Of a DNA stretch of 47,697 nt, positions 18,337-27,090 are shown piece by piece (within the stretch, counting starts at the first letter, position 1; each line of letters starts with the position of its first letter). Position numbers and translations under genes: made by a program. The notes under the pieces are model-generated. The model was not told the DNA's origin, did no database searches, and saw nothing but the letters and a program-made list of their open reading frames with translations. The stretch lies in NCBI GenBank assembly GCA_964590745.1, contig CAZPZQ010000001.1, positions 1 through 47,697 on the forward strand, in the 5' to 3' direction. Source of the stretch: an uncultured Mycobacterium sp. Lineage in GTDB: Bacteria > Actinomycetota > Actinomycetes > Mycobacteriales > Mycobacteriaceae.

Positions 18337-18681
18337 TTAGACCCCGCCGTTGCAACCGCCCGGCGGCGCCAGCGAGGACGGCACCAATTCGTCGGCGACC
18401 ACGCAGTGCAAGCCGTACATCGACCGCAGTTCCGGGTTCAGCCCCGGCATCTCCGGACCAGTCGAAAACTGGACATAACGCCAATGCGAACCGTCCGGGT
18501 AGGGGACACCGTCACAATAGATGGCCGAGACCTGAAGACCTTTCATACCGCGGCCGCCGGGGCAATAGCCGGTCTGGACGTTAGGCATGTGGGGATCGGG
18601 CTCGGGCCGGGCCATGGCGGGTGCGGCCGCGGCGAACACGGTCGACAACGCTGCCGCGACCGCAGCGATCGATCGTCTCAT
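18337..18681 (-). CDS. Small secreted Cys-containing hypothetical protein
   Basis: Signal peptide MRRSIAAVAAAL...AMA, then PDPHMPN..GYCPGG..YCDG.PYPDGS.W..C..PPGGC (4 Cys); RBS AAAGG. Confidence 0.75.
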   Translation of the reverse strand: MRRSIAAVAAALSTVFAAAAPAMARPEPDPHMPNVQTGYCPGGRGMKGLQVSAIYCDGVPYPDGSHWRYVQFSTGPEMPGLNPELRSMYGLHCVVADELVPSSLAPPGGCNGGV

Positions 18682-18796
18682 CGCTGTCACCTTTCGTCGT
18701 TTCCCTGTTCTTACCCGAAACCCTCTGGTCCCGGGTGCAATTGCGTCCAACCGAACCGGCGTCAACACCGGCGTCAATACCGGGGTGGATGTTCGA

Positions 18797-20257
18797 CTAC
18801 CCGCCTCGGACTTCGATCATCGCCGAACGGTTGACCTTGGTCGCCGCGGTGCGCGGAATTTCGTCGACGAACTCGACAGACTTGGGCACTTTGTAGGCGG
18901 CCAACCGGCTTTTGGCGTAAGCAATCACCTGCTGCTCGGTCAGGGCAGGGTCGGTTGGTTGCACCACCGCGTGCACCCGGCGTCCCCACTGCGGGTCGGC
19001 GAGGCCGATGACTACCACGTCGGCGATCCCCGGAAAGTCGACCAACGCACATTCCACTTCCGCGGGGAACACGTTGGCGCCTCCGGTGACGATCATGTCG
19101 GAGCGGCGGTCGGCGACGTAAAGGTAGCCGTCCGCATCCAGGTACCCGATGTCGCCGGCTGTCCGGAACCCGTCCGGCGTGCACGGCAGCGGCGCCGCGT
19201 CACCCAGGTAGCGGTATCCCGCACTCATCGGCGCGCGCAAGTAGATGTCGCCGAACTCGCCTGGGCCCAACGGCATCTCGTACGGATCGAGGATGCGCAC
19301 CTCGGTGCCCCGGAATCCACGGCCGACGCTGCCCGGATGAGTCAGCCATTCGTCGCCACGCAACGCCGTCAGACCGAGGTTCTCCGTCATCCCGTAAGCC
19401 ATCACCACCCGTTCGGGAGACAGCAGCTCAAACCAGGTGCGTAGCAGCGCCGGGGGCATTACCGCGGCGCCCTGCAGGATCCACTCCACGCCGTCGAAGT
19501 TGCGCCGCGAAATCTCTGGTAATGCTGCAATCCGCCCCAGCATCGTCGGGGTGGCGGTGAAGGTGGTCACGCGGTACTTCTCGATCGCGGCGACAACCAT
19601 CGCCGCGTCGAATCTTTCCAGCACCACCAACCGGTCACCGCCCAACAGACTGGTCAGGGTGGCAAAGCCATTGGTGTGATACATCGGTCCGGGCACCAAG
19701 ACGGTCTGCGGTCGCGGAACCGGCGCCCAGTGTGCCATAAATGGCTCGCTGTGCTGCGCCGTCCAGATCGCCGGGGCCAGGTTGAGGATCACCTTGGGCA
19801 GGCCGGTCGAGCCGCTGCTACAGATCCCGCTGGCGTGGGGCGAGACCGCTGCCGGTAGCGGGTCGGCGGACTGGGCCGCGGCGCAAGCGGCCAGCGCAGA
19901 CCTGTTCGTCTCGTCGAGCACGATGGCAGCCTCGACCACCTTGAGCACCCGGGACCGCTCCCAATCAGGTAAGTCCCAGCGCATCGGCACCGGGACCGCG
20001 CCGATCTTCCAGCAGCCCAACGCGGCCAGCACCAAGTGGTCGCCGTTCGGTACCGCCAGCGCCACCCTCGAGCCGGGCTCGGCGCCGGCGGCCGTCAGGG
20101 CGCGTCCCCACTGGTTGGCCAGCGCGTCGAGCTCAGCGAAGGTCAACGGGTGGGCGGTGCCGTCGGGTGCCAGTGTGACGATCGCCAGCTCACCTGGGCG
20201 TTGCGTCCCCAATTCCCGCAGCCGCTCCGGGAACGGTATGCCAGGGTGTGGTGTCAT
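18797..20257 (-). CDS. Acyl-CoA ligase (AMP-binding; bile acid-CoA ligase-like)
   Basis: SSGSTGLPK, YGMTE, TAGDIG, DRRSDMIVTGGANVFPAEVE, PRTAATK. Confidence 0.93.
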   Translation of the reverse strand: MTPHPGIPFPERLRELGTQRPGELAIVTLAPDGTAHPLTFAELDALANQWGRALTAAGAEPGSRVALAVPNGDHLVLAALGCWKIGAVPVPMRWDLPDWERSRVLKVVEAAIVLDETNRSALAACAAAQSADPLPAAVSPHASGICSSGSTGLPKVILNLAPAIWTAQHSEPFMAHWAPVPRPQTVLVPGPMYHTNGFATLTSLLGGDRLVVLERFDAAMVVAAIEKYRVTTFTATPTMLGRIAALPEISRRNFDGVEWILQGAAVMPPALLRTWFELLSPERVVMAYGMTENLGLTALRGDEWLTHPGSVGRGFRGTEVRILDPYEMPLGPGEFGDIYLRAPMSAGYRYLGDAAPLPCTPDGFRTAGDIGYLDADGYLYVADRRSDMIVTGGANVFPAEVECALVDFPGIADVVVIGLADPQWGRRVHAVVQPTDPALTEQQVIAYAKSRLAAYKVPKSVEFVDEIPRTAATKVNRSAMIEVRGG

Positions 20258-21183
20258 GCCGTTCTCGTGAACAGCGTTTCCAGATGGCCATCGCGCACCG
20301 CCGCGGTTAACCGCAGGGCAAGGTCCTCGCTTCCGGACGGCAGTCGGATCAACGGCTGCGTGTGTCGGTCGAGCACGCTGATGTCGGACTCGTCACAAAA
20401 CCCGAGCGCGCCGAGCAGTTGGTGCGCCGTGCGGAGGACCTGACGGCCGGTGTCGACGGCTTTCATCCGCAATACCAGCGCATCGGCGGAAAGCACCTGT
20501 GCGGGCGTCGCTTCCGGTCGGCAGACACTGTACTTGGCGAGTTCTTCAAGTCCTCGGACCGCGACCGACGCGTCCGCGACGGCGAACCGCACGGCCTGAA
20601 AGTCAGCGAGCGGCTTGCCGAACTGAACCCGCGCGCATACGTGCTCGCAAGTGATCTGCAGCGCGCGTTGCATCGCACCGAGGATGCGCCACGACCCCAA
20701 GACCAGGTGCACGTTGACGTCGGTCGGGGGCACAACGCCGTGCGGCTCGCTCAGGGCTGCCGGTACCAGGAACGGGCCCAGTATGGCCGCCGTTCGCGAG
20801 GACGGCCGCGGGCGGTAACACCGGCCGTCGAGGTCGGCGGCGAGCCACTCGCCGGCCAAGTCGCCATGGTCGATCCGGGGCGCCGTCGGGTCAACCAGCG
20901 CCAGTCTGGCACCGCCGATTGACAGCAACTCTTCGACCAGCGGGTAGGGCAGCGCCGCCGCGCCGGCGGCTTGGCAGAGTACGGCTGCGGCCAGCAGTTC
21001 GTCGGAACGGGACCGGACGTCGAGGTCGAACGCGCCGAGTTCGCTCAGCGCGGCGCGGGCCTCAGCCCGAACCCGGTCGTCGGTTTCCGCACGCAGCGCC
21101 GCCTGGGGACCGCCCAGCCGGCCGAGCCGGTCGGACGCGACCATAGCGAAGTCCGCGATGTCTTGTGGCAGCGTTGTTTTCAC
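20254..21183 (-). CDS. Acyl-CoA dehydrogenase subunit, short non-catalytic partner type
   Basis: RVQFGKPLADFQAVRF and HQLLGALGF motifs; only 309 aa. Confidence 0.85.
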   Translation of the reverse strand: MKTTLPQDIADFAMVASDRLGRLGGPQAALRAETDDRVRAEARAALSELGAFDLDVRSRSDELLAAAVLCQAAGAAALPYPLVEELLSIGGARLALVDPTAPRIDHGDLAGEWLAADLDGRCYRPRPSSRTAAILGPFLVPAALSEPHGVVPPTDVNVHLVLGSWRILGAMQRALQITCEHVCARVQFGKPLADFQAVRFAVADASVAVRGLEELAKYSVCRPEATPAQVLSADALVLRMKAVDTGRQVLRTAHQLLGALGFCDESDISVLDRHTQPLIRLPSGSEDLALRLTAAVRDGHLETLFTRTA

Positions 21184-22328
21184 CGGTACGCCCCCAGCAC
21201 CTCGCGCGCCACGAGCATCCGTTGCACCTCGATGGTGCCGGATGCCACGGTGGCTGCCTGGGCGTACCGCCAGTGGTCCTCAATCGCTCCGTGCAGCGGC
21301 GCCGAGAACCCGCTATCCAGCGCTCGGGGCCCCAACACGTCGAACAGCAGCTCCGCGACCTGCTGATCACACGTGGTGGTTGCGATGCGAGCCGCGCTGG
21401 CCGCGGCCCCGGCCGCCGGGTCGTCCAACAGCGATACCGCACGGTAGGCGAGCAGTCGGGCCACCCGCAGGTCTACCAGCGCCCGGCTCCATCGGGTGCG
21501 CAGCGACTCGGGCAGCCGGTCCCAGTCGTCACCGAGTTCACTGCGCAGCCGGTCCAGCAGCGACTCGCACCGCGCGTAACGGGCGATGCCAACCCGTTCG
21601 AAGGCCAGCGCCTCACGCATCACCTGCCAGCCGCCACCGACCTCGCCCAGCACGTCGTCTGGGCTGGCCGGCACACCGTCGAGGAACATCTCATTGAGGT
21701 GGTGTGGTCCGAGCATCGACCGGATGGGCCGGACGGTGATGCCGGGACGGTCCATCGGGATGAGGAAAAGGGTGATCCGGTGCGCCTTCGGTGCGTTGGG
21801 ATCGGTGCAGGCGGCCAGCGTGCACCACGATGCCATCTGGGCATACGAAGTCCAAACCTTCTGACCGGTTATCCGCCATCCGTCGCCATCGGGTACCGCC
21901 CGGGTACGCAGCGAAGCGAGGTCGGTTCCCGCCTCGGGCTCAGAAAATCCTTGGCACCAAATCACCTCCCCGGCGGCGATCGCCGACAGGTGCCGGGCCT
22001 GCTGTTCCGGTGTTCCGTAGCGCATCACGGCCGGACCGACCCAGTTGATGCCCATGTACTGGGCGCCACGGGGTTCGTGGTGCGCCCACATCTCTTCGCG
22101 TAGCACGGTCTGCTGCCAAACCGACCCGCCGCCACCGCCGTGCTCCTTGGGCCAGGCCAGCGCGAGTAAGCCCTCGGACGCCAGCAGCTTGCAGAACGAC
22201 TGGGTGGTCGCCAGATCCCGTGGGTTATCGGTACATGCACCCAGGAAGCCATCCGGGATGTGCGCAGAAATCAAGTTTCGCAGGTGTTTTCGTAGCCCGC
22301 CCGCATCGGCGCCAAGGTCGTAGTCCAT
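21180..22328 (-). CDS. Acyl-CoA dehydrogenase subunit (catalytic type)
   Basis: WCQGFSEPEAGTDLASL, GQKVWTS, LAFER, VASGTIE. Confidence 0.92.
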   Translation of the reverse strand: MDYDLGADAGGLRKHLRNLISAHIPDGFLGACTDNPRDLATTQSFCKLLASEGLLALAWPKEHGGGGGSVWQQTVLREEMWAHHEPRGAQYMGINWVGPAVMRYGTPEQQARHLSAIAAGEVIWCQGFSEPEAGTDLASLRTRAVPDGDGWRITGQKVWTSYAQMASWCTLAACTDPNAPKAHRITLFLIPMDRPGITVRPIRSMLGPHHLNEMFLDGVPASPDDVLGEVGGGWQVMREALAFERVGIARYARCESLLDRLRSELGDDWDRLPESLRTRWSRALVDLRVARLLAYRAVSLLDDPAAGAAASAARIATTTCDQQVAELLFDVLGPRALDSGFSAPLHGAIEDHWRYAQAATVASGTIEVQRMLVAREVLGAYR

Positions 22329-22332
22329 CCGG

Positions 22333-23439
22333 TCATCCCTTCGGCAGCCCGAGCACCCGCTCGGCGATGATGTTGCGCTGAATCTCCGACGTGCCGCCGT
22401 AGATAGTGGCCGCCAGGGCGTCCTGGCGCTCGAACAACAGGTCCGGGTCGGTGGCTGAACCGATCCCGGCTATTGCCGCGTTGAGTTCCCAAACACGCTG
22501 TAAGGTAACGGAGCCGAGCAGTTTGAGGATATCTGCCTGCGGGCTGGCCCGCCCGGCGAGCTCGTCGTTCAGGGCCCGGTATCCGGTGGTCCGCAACGCC
22601 TCGGCGTCGGTGAGCAGCGAGCCCAGGTCGGCGAAGACGTCGCTGGCGCCGCCCAACTTGCGGGTTTTTTCCAGCCCCCGTTTTATTTCGACCCAGTTCA
22701 TGATCCAGATCATCTGCCGTTCGTGCTGTAGCGACGACAAGGCGACCTGCCAGCCGCCGTTGAGTGGGCCCAGCAGGTTGTCGGCGGGGACCTGCACGTC
22801 GTCCAGGAACACTTCGCAGAACGTCTCGTCGGATTTCGACGCCATGCGGATCGGCCGGACGGTCACGCCCGGGGAGCGCAAATCCAGGATCAGGCAGGAA
22901 ATGCCGCGGTGCTTGGGTGCTGACGGGTCGGTGCGGGCGTACAGCGTGCACCACCGGGATTGGTGTGCCTGAGTGGTCCAGATCTTGCGGCCATTCACCC
23001 GAAACCCGTCTCGGTCGCGTTCGGCTCGGGTGCGCAGGCCGGCGAAGTCGGATCCGGCTTCCGGCTCGGACATGCCCAGTGCCCACCATTCGTCGCCGCG
23101 CAGCAGCGGCACCAGCAAGCGGTCCACCTGCGCGGGCGTGCCGAACTGTCGAAGCGCCGGCGCAACCACATTGGGACCGGCGATGTTCGGAAGTTTGGGC
23201 GCCGATCGCAGCGCCCCGGCCAACCGGATTTCCATCGCCGCTCGCAAGTCCAGTGATCGACCGCCGTGCTCGGCCGGCCACGTCGGCTGCAGCCACCCGG
23301 CCTCGAACGCGGCGCGCTGGTATTCCCGGCGCAACCCGATGTCCCAGCGGTAGTCGCGATAGCGTTCGCCGTAGTAGTCGTCGGGTAGAACCGTCGCCAG
23401 CCAAGCGACGAACTCGTCCACCACGCCGGCGGTGGTCAT
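22333..23439 (-). CDS. Acyl-CoA dehydrogenase subunit (catalytic type)
   Basis: GMSEPEAGSDFAGL, GRKIWT, LQHER, IYGGTSEIQRNIIAERVLGLP. Confidence 0.92.
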   Translation of the reverse strand: MTTAGVVDEFVAWLATVLPDDYYGERYRDYRWDIGLRREYQRAAFEAGWLQPTWPAEHGGRSLDLRAAMEIRLAGALRSAPKLPNIAGPNVVAPALRQFGTPAQVDRLLVPLLRGDEWWALGMSEPEAGSDFAGLRTRAERDRDGFRVNGRKIWTTQAHQSRWCTLYARTDPSAPKHRGISCLILDLRSPGVTVRPIRMASKSDETFCEVFLDDVQVPADNLLGPLNGGWQVALSSLQHERQMIWIMNWVEIKRGLEKTRKLGGASDVFADLGSLLTDAEALRTTGYRALNDELAGRASPQADILKLLGSVTLQRVWELNAAIAGIGSATDPDLLFERQDALAATIYGGTSEIQRNIIAERVLGLPKG

Positions 23440-24521
23440 CCGACACCCTCGATGAAGCGTCGCCCCAGCGCGTCATACAGCGCACGGCTGTCACCCAGGA
23501 GGGCCGCGGCTTGCCAGGCGTGCCGCAGAACCAAATGGAGGTTGTGCTCCCAGGTCTGGGCGATCGCGCCGTGCACCTGAACCGCGGTGCGTACACAGCC
23601 GAGTGCTGCCTCACCGGCGGCCGCCTTAGCCGCCGCAGCGGCCGTCCACGCGGCGGCCGGGCCGGTGTCAGGGTCGTCGAGGCGGGCCGCTGCGGCATAG
23701 CTGAGGCTGCGGGCCCGCTCGAGCGCCACGTAGTTGTCGGCCAAGGCATGTTTGACGCCTTGGAATGCGCCGATCGGTTTGCCGAACTGGCGACGCGTCT
23801 TGGCGTGCTGAACAGAGCGGGTCAACGCTGCGTCGGCAACGCCGACCAAATCGGCGGCGGCGACGACGAGCGGTGTCGCCAAAGCCATTTCCACGTCCAC
23901 TGGCGCAACGACGGCCGGGCTGGCGTCGAGTTCGACATCGGTCAGCGGGTGCGCCGGATCGATGCACTCGCCCGGCTTGCCGATGAGCGCGTCTTCGGCG
24001 CGGACCGCCGCGGCGACCGGTCCGTCGCCAGAGTCGGCGAGCGTCACGATGAAGTCGGCATGCGCCGCCCAGCTGACTCCCACCGCGCGCCCGGACAGCC
24101 GACCCGACCGCAGTGTCATAGGCACACCCGGCAGTCGTCGCCCGGCGGGGTGAACGGCCAAGGCGGCGACGGTTCCGGCGGCGATCTCCTCGCGAACCCA
24201 GTCCAGGGCGGAGCCACTGCGGCGCAGCAAACCGGCTGCCATTCCAACGCTGGCCAGCAACGGAATCGGAGCAACGGCGGCCCCGCACGCTTCGGCGACC
24301 ACGGCCAACTCGACGGCACCGAACGCGCCGTCCGCGCCCGGGTCGGCCAACTCGGTCCAACCCAAACCGGTGACGGTCTTCCACAGCGCACGCCAGTAAT
24401 TCGGATCGGTCGCTGAATCGGTGATCGCCCGGCGCGCCACATCGGGCGGACATTCGGCACGCAGAACTTCACCGGCGCTGGCCCGCAGCGCCATCTGCTC
24501 GGGGCTCAATCCGACATCCAT
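23436..24521 (-). CDS. Acyl-CoA dehydrogenase subunit (non-catalytic partner type)
   Basis: MDVGLSPEQ start, RRQFGKPIGAFQGVKH, QVHGAIAQTWEH. Confidence 0.9.
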   Translation of the reverse strand: MDVGLSPEQMALRASAGEVLRAECPPDVARRAITDSATDPNYWRALWKTVTGLGWTELADPGADGAFGAVELAVVAEACGAAVAPIPLLASVGMAAGLLRRSGSALDWVREEIAAGTVAALAVHPAGRRLPGVPMTLRSGRLSGRAVGVSWAAHADFIVTLADSGDGPVAAAVRAEDALIGKPGECIDPAHPLTDVELDASPAVVAPVDVEMALATPLVVAAADLVGVADAALTRSVQHAKTRRQFGKPIGAFQGVKHALADNYVALERARSLSYAAAARLDDPDTGPAAAWTAAAAAKAAAGEAALGCVRTAVQVHGAIAQTWEHNLHLVLRHAWQAAALLGDSRALYDALGRRFIEGVG

Positions 24522-24527
24522 AAGACC

Positions 24528-24555
24528 TCTAACATTGTAAAAATAGTAAACTAGA
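24528..24555. promoter_or_regulatory. Tandem 9-bp operator-like motif, copy 3
   Basis: t-CTAACATTG-TAAAAATAG-TAAACTAG-a; overlaps the minus-strand TACAAT -10 of the ACAD operon. Confidence 0.72.
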
Positions 24556-24582
24556 CAGGTCAACCGCCGTAGGGTTGCCAGC

Positions 24583-25500
24583 ATGACGGAGTGGTATCTG
24601 TTCCTGCCCCAGGTACGGTTGCCGGTCGCCGATATCGTGGCCCGGGCCAGGGCCGCCGAAACCAGCGGATTCGACGGCATCGCGTTCATCGATCATCTCG
24701 AGGTTCCCGGGCAGCCTGACGAAAGCATCTGGGAGGCAATGAGTATCGCCGCATGGGTGGGGGCCAAAACAGAACGATTACACATTGGCCACCTGGTGCT
24801 GTGTGATGCATTCCGGCATCCGGCTGTACTCGCCAAGCAGGCCGTCACATTATCGACGGCAATGGGCGGCAGGTTCGAGCTCGGCCTGGGTACCGGTTCC
24901 TGGCCGGCCGAGTTGGCCAGGTTCGACATCGGCCAGGCTGATCCGGCGGCCAGGGTGCAGCGACTGGGCCGCCATCTGCACCTGATCACCCGATACTGGA
25001 GCAGCGATGAGCGGCCCGACGTCGGGCAGGCGCCGCGACCGTCGTATCCGATCCCGCTGGTGCTGGGTGGAACCGGGCCTCGGCTGATGGAACTGGTTCG
25101 CCGCTACGCCGATTGGTGGAACCTGCCCGCCAACCACATCGAGAAGTTGGGGCGACTGGCTCGGGCCGCGGGGCCGGCGCGGGTCTCGGTGCAACAGATG
25201 GTGGGTTTCGTCCGCCGAGGTGGCGACCCGGTGGCGGTGCGAGAGGCGAGCACCCGTCGCTTCGGTTACCTGGGCGCGGGGCTGGTGTGCGGCGACGCCG
25301 ACGAACTGGTTCGGCACTTCGCCGGACTGAGCGCCCTGGGTGTCGATCGGTTTTATGTCTGGTTCGCTGATTTCGCCAACCCGGACAGCTTGGCGGAGTT
25401 CGGTGAATCGGTAATCAAGGTTTTTGCTGCGCAGCGCGACGACGGGCTTCGGTCGGCACCACCGGAGGCCGGGCGAACGGGCCGCGTCGCACGGCATTGA
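24583..25500 (+). CDS. LLM-class (probably F420-dependent) oxidoreductase
   Basis: AETSGFDGIAFIDH, FRHPAVLAKQA, GRFELGLGTG, YADWWN; TAGGGT-N7-ATG leaderless start. Confidence 0.88.
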   Translation: MTEWYLFLPQVRLPVADIVARARAAETSGFDGIAFIDHLEVPGQPDESIWEAMSIAAWVGAKTERLHIGHLVLCDAFRHPAVLAKQAVTLSTAMGGRFELGLGTGSWPAELARFDIGQADPAARVQRLGRHLHLITRYWSSDERPDVGQAPRPSYPIPLVLGGTGPRLMELVRRYADWWNLPANHIEKLGRLARAAGPARVSVQQMVGFVRRGGDPVAVREASTRRFGYLGAGLVCGDADELVRHFAGLSALGVDRFYVWFADFANPDSLAEFGESVIKVFAAQRDDGLRSAPPEAGRTGRVARH

Positions 25501-26149
25501 GCCGGACCTCGGGCAGATCAACCGACGGGTCCACGGTGTCAAGCCACGCGACGGTGTCGGCGACATCGGAAACGTTGATCGCGTACATCTCGAACGGGAC
25601 GTCTTCGAGCATCTCGGTCTGCACCGGGCCCGGGGTCACGACGTGGACGCTGATACCGTCGCGGTCCACCTCGAGCGCCAAGGCACGGGCGAAGGCGTTC
25701 ATCCCGGCTTTGGTCGCCGAATAGGCGGTACGGGCCGGCATCGGCTCGTGTGCGGCCGATGAGGAGACGAACACCAGTCGCGAACCGGGCAACATCCGGG
25801 GCAGCACCGCGGCGGTCACCACGAAACAGGAGTCCAGGTTGGCCGCCATGATGGTCCGCCACTGGTCGAAAGTCTGTTTACGCGCATAGGTTCCGCCCAG
25901 CACACCGGCCGCGTGAACCACGAGGTCGATGGTGGCCACTGAGTCGATCGCCGCAGCGAATCCGACCGGATCGGATGCGTCGGCTGCGATGTGGCGAGCG
26001 CCGATCTCGTCGGCGGCGGCTCGCAGGGGCCCGACCCGGCGGGCCGACAACACGACGTCGTAGCCCAGGTCGTGCAGCTTACGTCCGCACGCTTTGCCGA
26101 TGCCGCCACTGCCGCCGGTGATCAGTGCCGTCCTGGACGCTGGCCTCAA
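25415..26149 (-). CDS. Short-chain dehydrogenase/reductase
   Basis: TGGSGGIG, SS..., YSATK motifs. Confidence 0.9.
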   Translation of the reverse strand: MRPASRTALITGGSGGIGKACGRKLHDLGYDVVLSARRVGPLRAAADEIGARHIAADASDPVGFAAAIDSVATIDLVVHAAGVLGGTYARKQTFDQWRTIMAANLDSCFVVTAAVLPRMLPGSRLVFVSSSAAHEPMPARTAYSATKAGMNAFARALALEVDRDGISVHVVTPGPVQTEMLEDVPFEMYAINVSDVADTVAWLDTVDPSVDLPEVRLNAVRRGPFARPPVVPTEARRRAAQQKP

Positions 26150-26170
26150 CGCGGCTCGCCAAGTCGACGA

Positions 26171-26992
26171 TCACTGGGGGCGACTGTCCCGGGGGCGGGA
26201 CAGTGCCTGTGGCGACAATGCATAGATCCGCCGATCAGAGCGGTCGGAGAGCACGTGGGTCTGGGTATCGGAGACATGTCGGGCGGCGATGCGGCGGGCC
26301 CGTTCGACGTCGCCGGCCTCGATCATCTCGGTCAGCTTGAGGTGGGTGTTGAGCACCGCACGGCGTTGCGGCAGCGATGGATACGTGCCTTTCGCGGCAC
26401 TCTCGTCAGCCCACTGCTGTTCATGGCTGGTCCAGAGCGTTTCCAGGCTGCCGACCACCGCGATCATGGTGTGGTTTCCGCAGCCGTGCACGAGCAGATT
26501 ATGGAACTGGCGCCCGATTTCGGTGAATTGCCCACCGTCGTCCAGTTGGGCAGCCATCGCGTCGTTGATTCGGTTGAGTTCGGGCACCAATGTTTCGGCA
26601 CGGTCCGGCCGCTGAGCGGCCAGCGCCGCACAGACCGGTTCCAGCTCCCGTAGCGCCGCACCCAGGTCAGCCAGGCCGACGTACTCACTCTGCAGCAGCA
26701 GCCCCAGCATGTAGGCGGCGCTGGTCTTCGCCGGTGCATGCACGACGGCGCCACCGCGGTTACCTCGCCGCACAGACAGCAGGCCCTCGGTTTCCAGGAT
26801 GCGCAGCGCTTCTCGCAGCGACACCAGGCTAACGTTGAATTGCTCGACCAGCACCTCCTGGCGCGGCAGCAGATCACCGTCGGCGAGTTCGCCGTCGATG
26901 ATCTGACGGCGCAACTCATCTGCGACAATCTCGGCGATCCGGGGCGCCGACAGCCGACGTCGCGCTTCCGCGCCAATTCCCAGCGTGGTCAT
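26171..26992 (-). CDS. GntR/FadR-family regulator (FCD domain)
   Basis: LADGDLLP.QEVL..QFNVS..SLREALRILE.EGL...RG..GG wHTH; FH...GN...H...H FCD residues. Confidence 0.92.
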   Translation of the reverse strand: MTTLGIGAEARRRLSAPRIAEIVADELRRQIIDGELADGDLLPRQEVLVEQFNVSLVSLREALRILETEGLLSVRRGNRGGAVVHAPAKTSAAYMLGLLLQSEYVGLADLGAALRELEPVCAALAAQRPDRAETLVPELNRINDAMAAQLDDGGQFTEIGRQFHNLLVHGCGNHTMIAVVGSLETLWTSHEQQWADESAAKGTYPSLPQRRAVLNTHLKLTEMIEAGDVERARRIAARHVSDTQTHVLSDRSDRRIYALSPQALSRPRDSRPQ

Positions 26993-27059
26993 CAAAATCC
27001 CAGCAGCGAAGCGATGAGTTCGAGTGCACGGCCGCTGCGCCCGCAACTCGACTGGCTTA

Positions 27060-27087
27060 GCTATCTTAGCAGTAATGACATAATTGT
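27060..27087. promoter_or_regulatory. Tandem 9-bp operator-like motif, copy 4 (upstream of the gntR gene itself)
   Basis: g-CTATCTTAG-CAGTAATGA-CATAATTG-t. Confidence 0.55.
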
Positions 27088-27090
27088 CGG

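Noticed and set aside
18206-18484. N-terminal extension of the 577-aa DUF222 ORF
   Set aside because: Overlaps the neighbouring secreted-protein gene; the promoter and SOS box point to ATG 18205
22271-24416. Long alternative-frame ORFs (492 aa on minus, 550 aa on plus)
   Set aside because: Arg/Pro/Ala-rich shadow frames over clear ACAD genes, typical of high-GC DNA; the same applies to most other overlapping ORFs in the track
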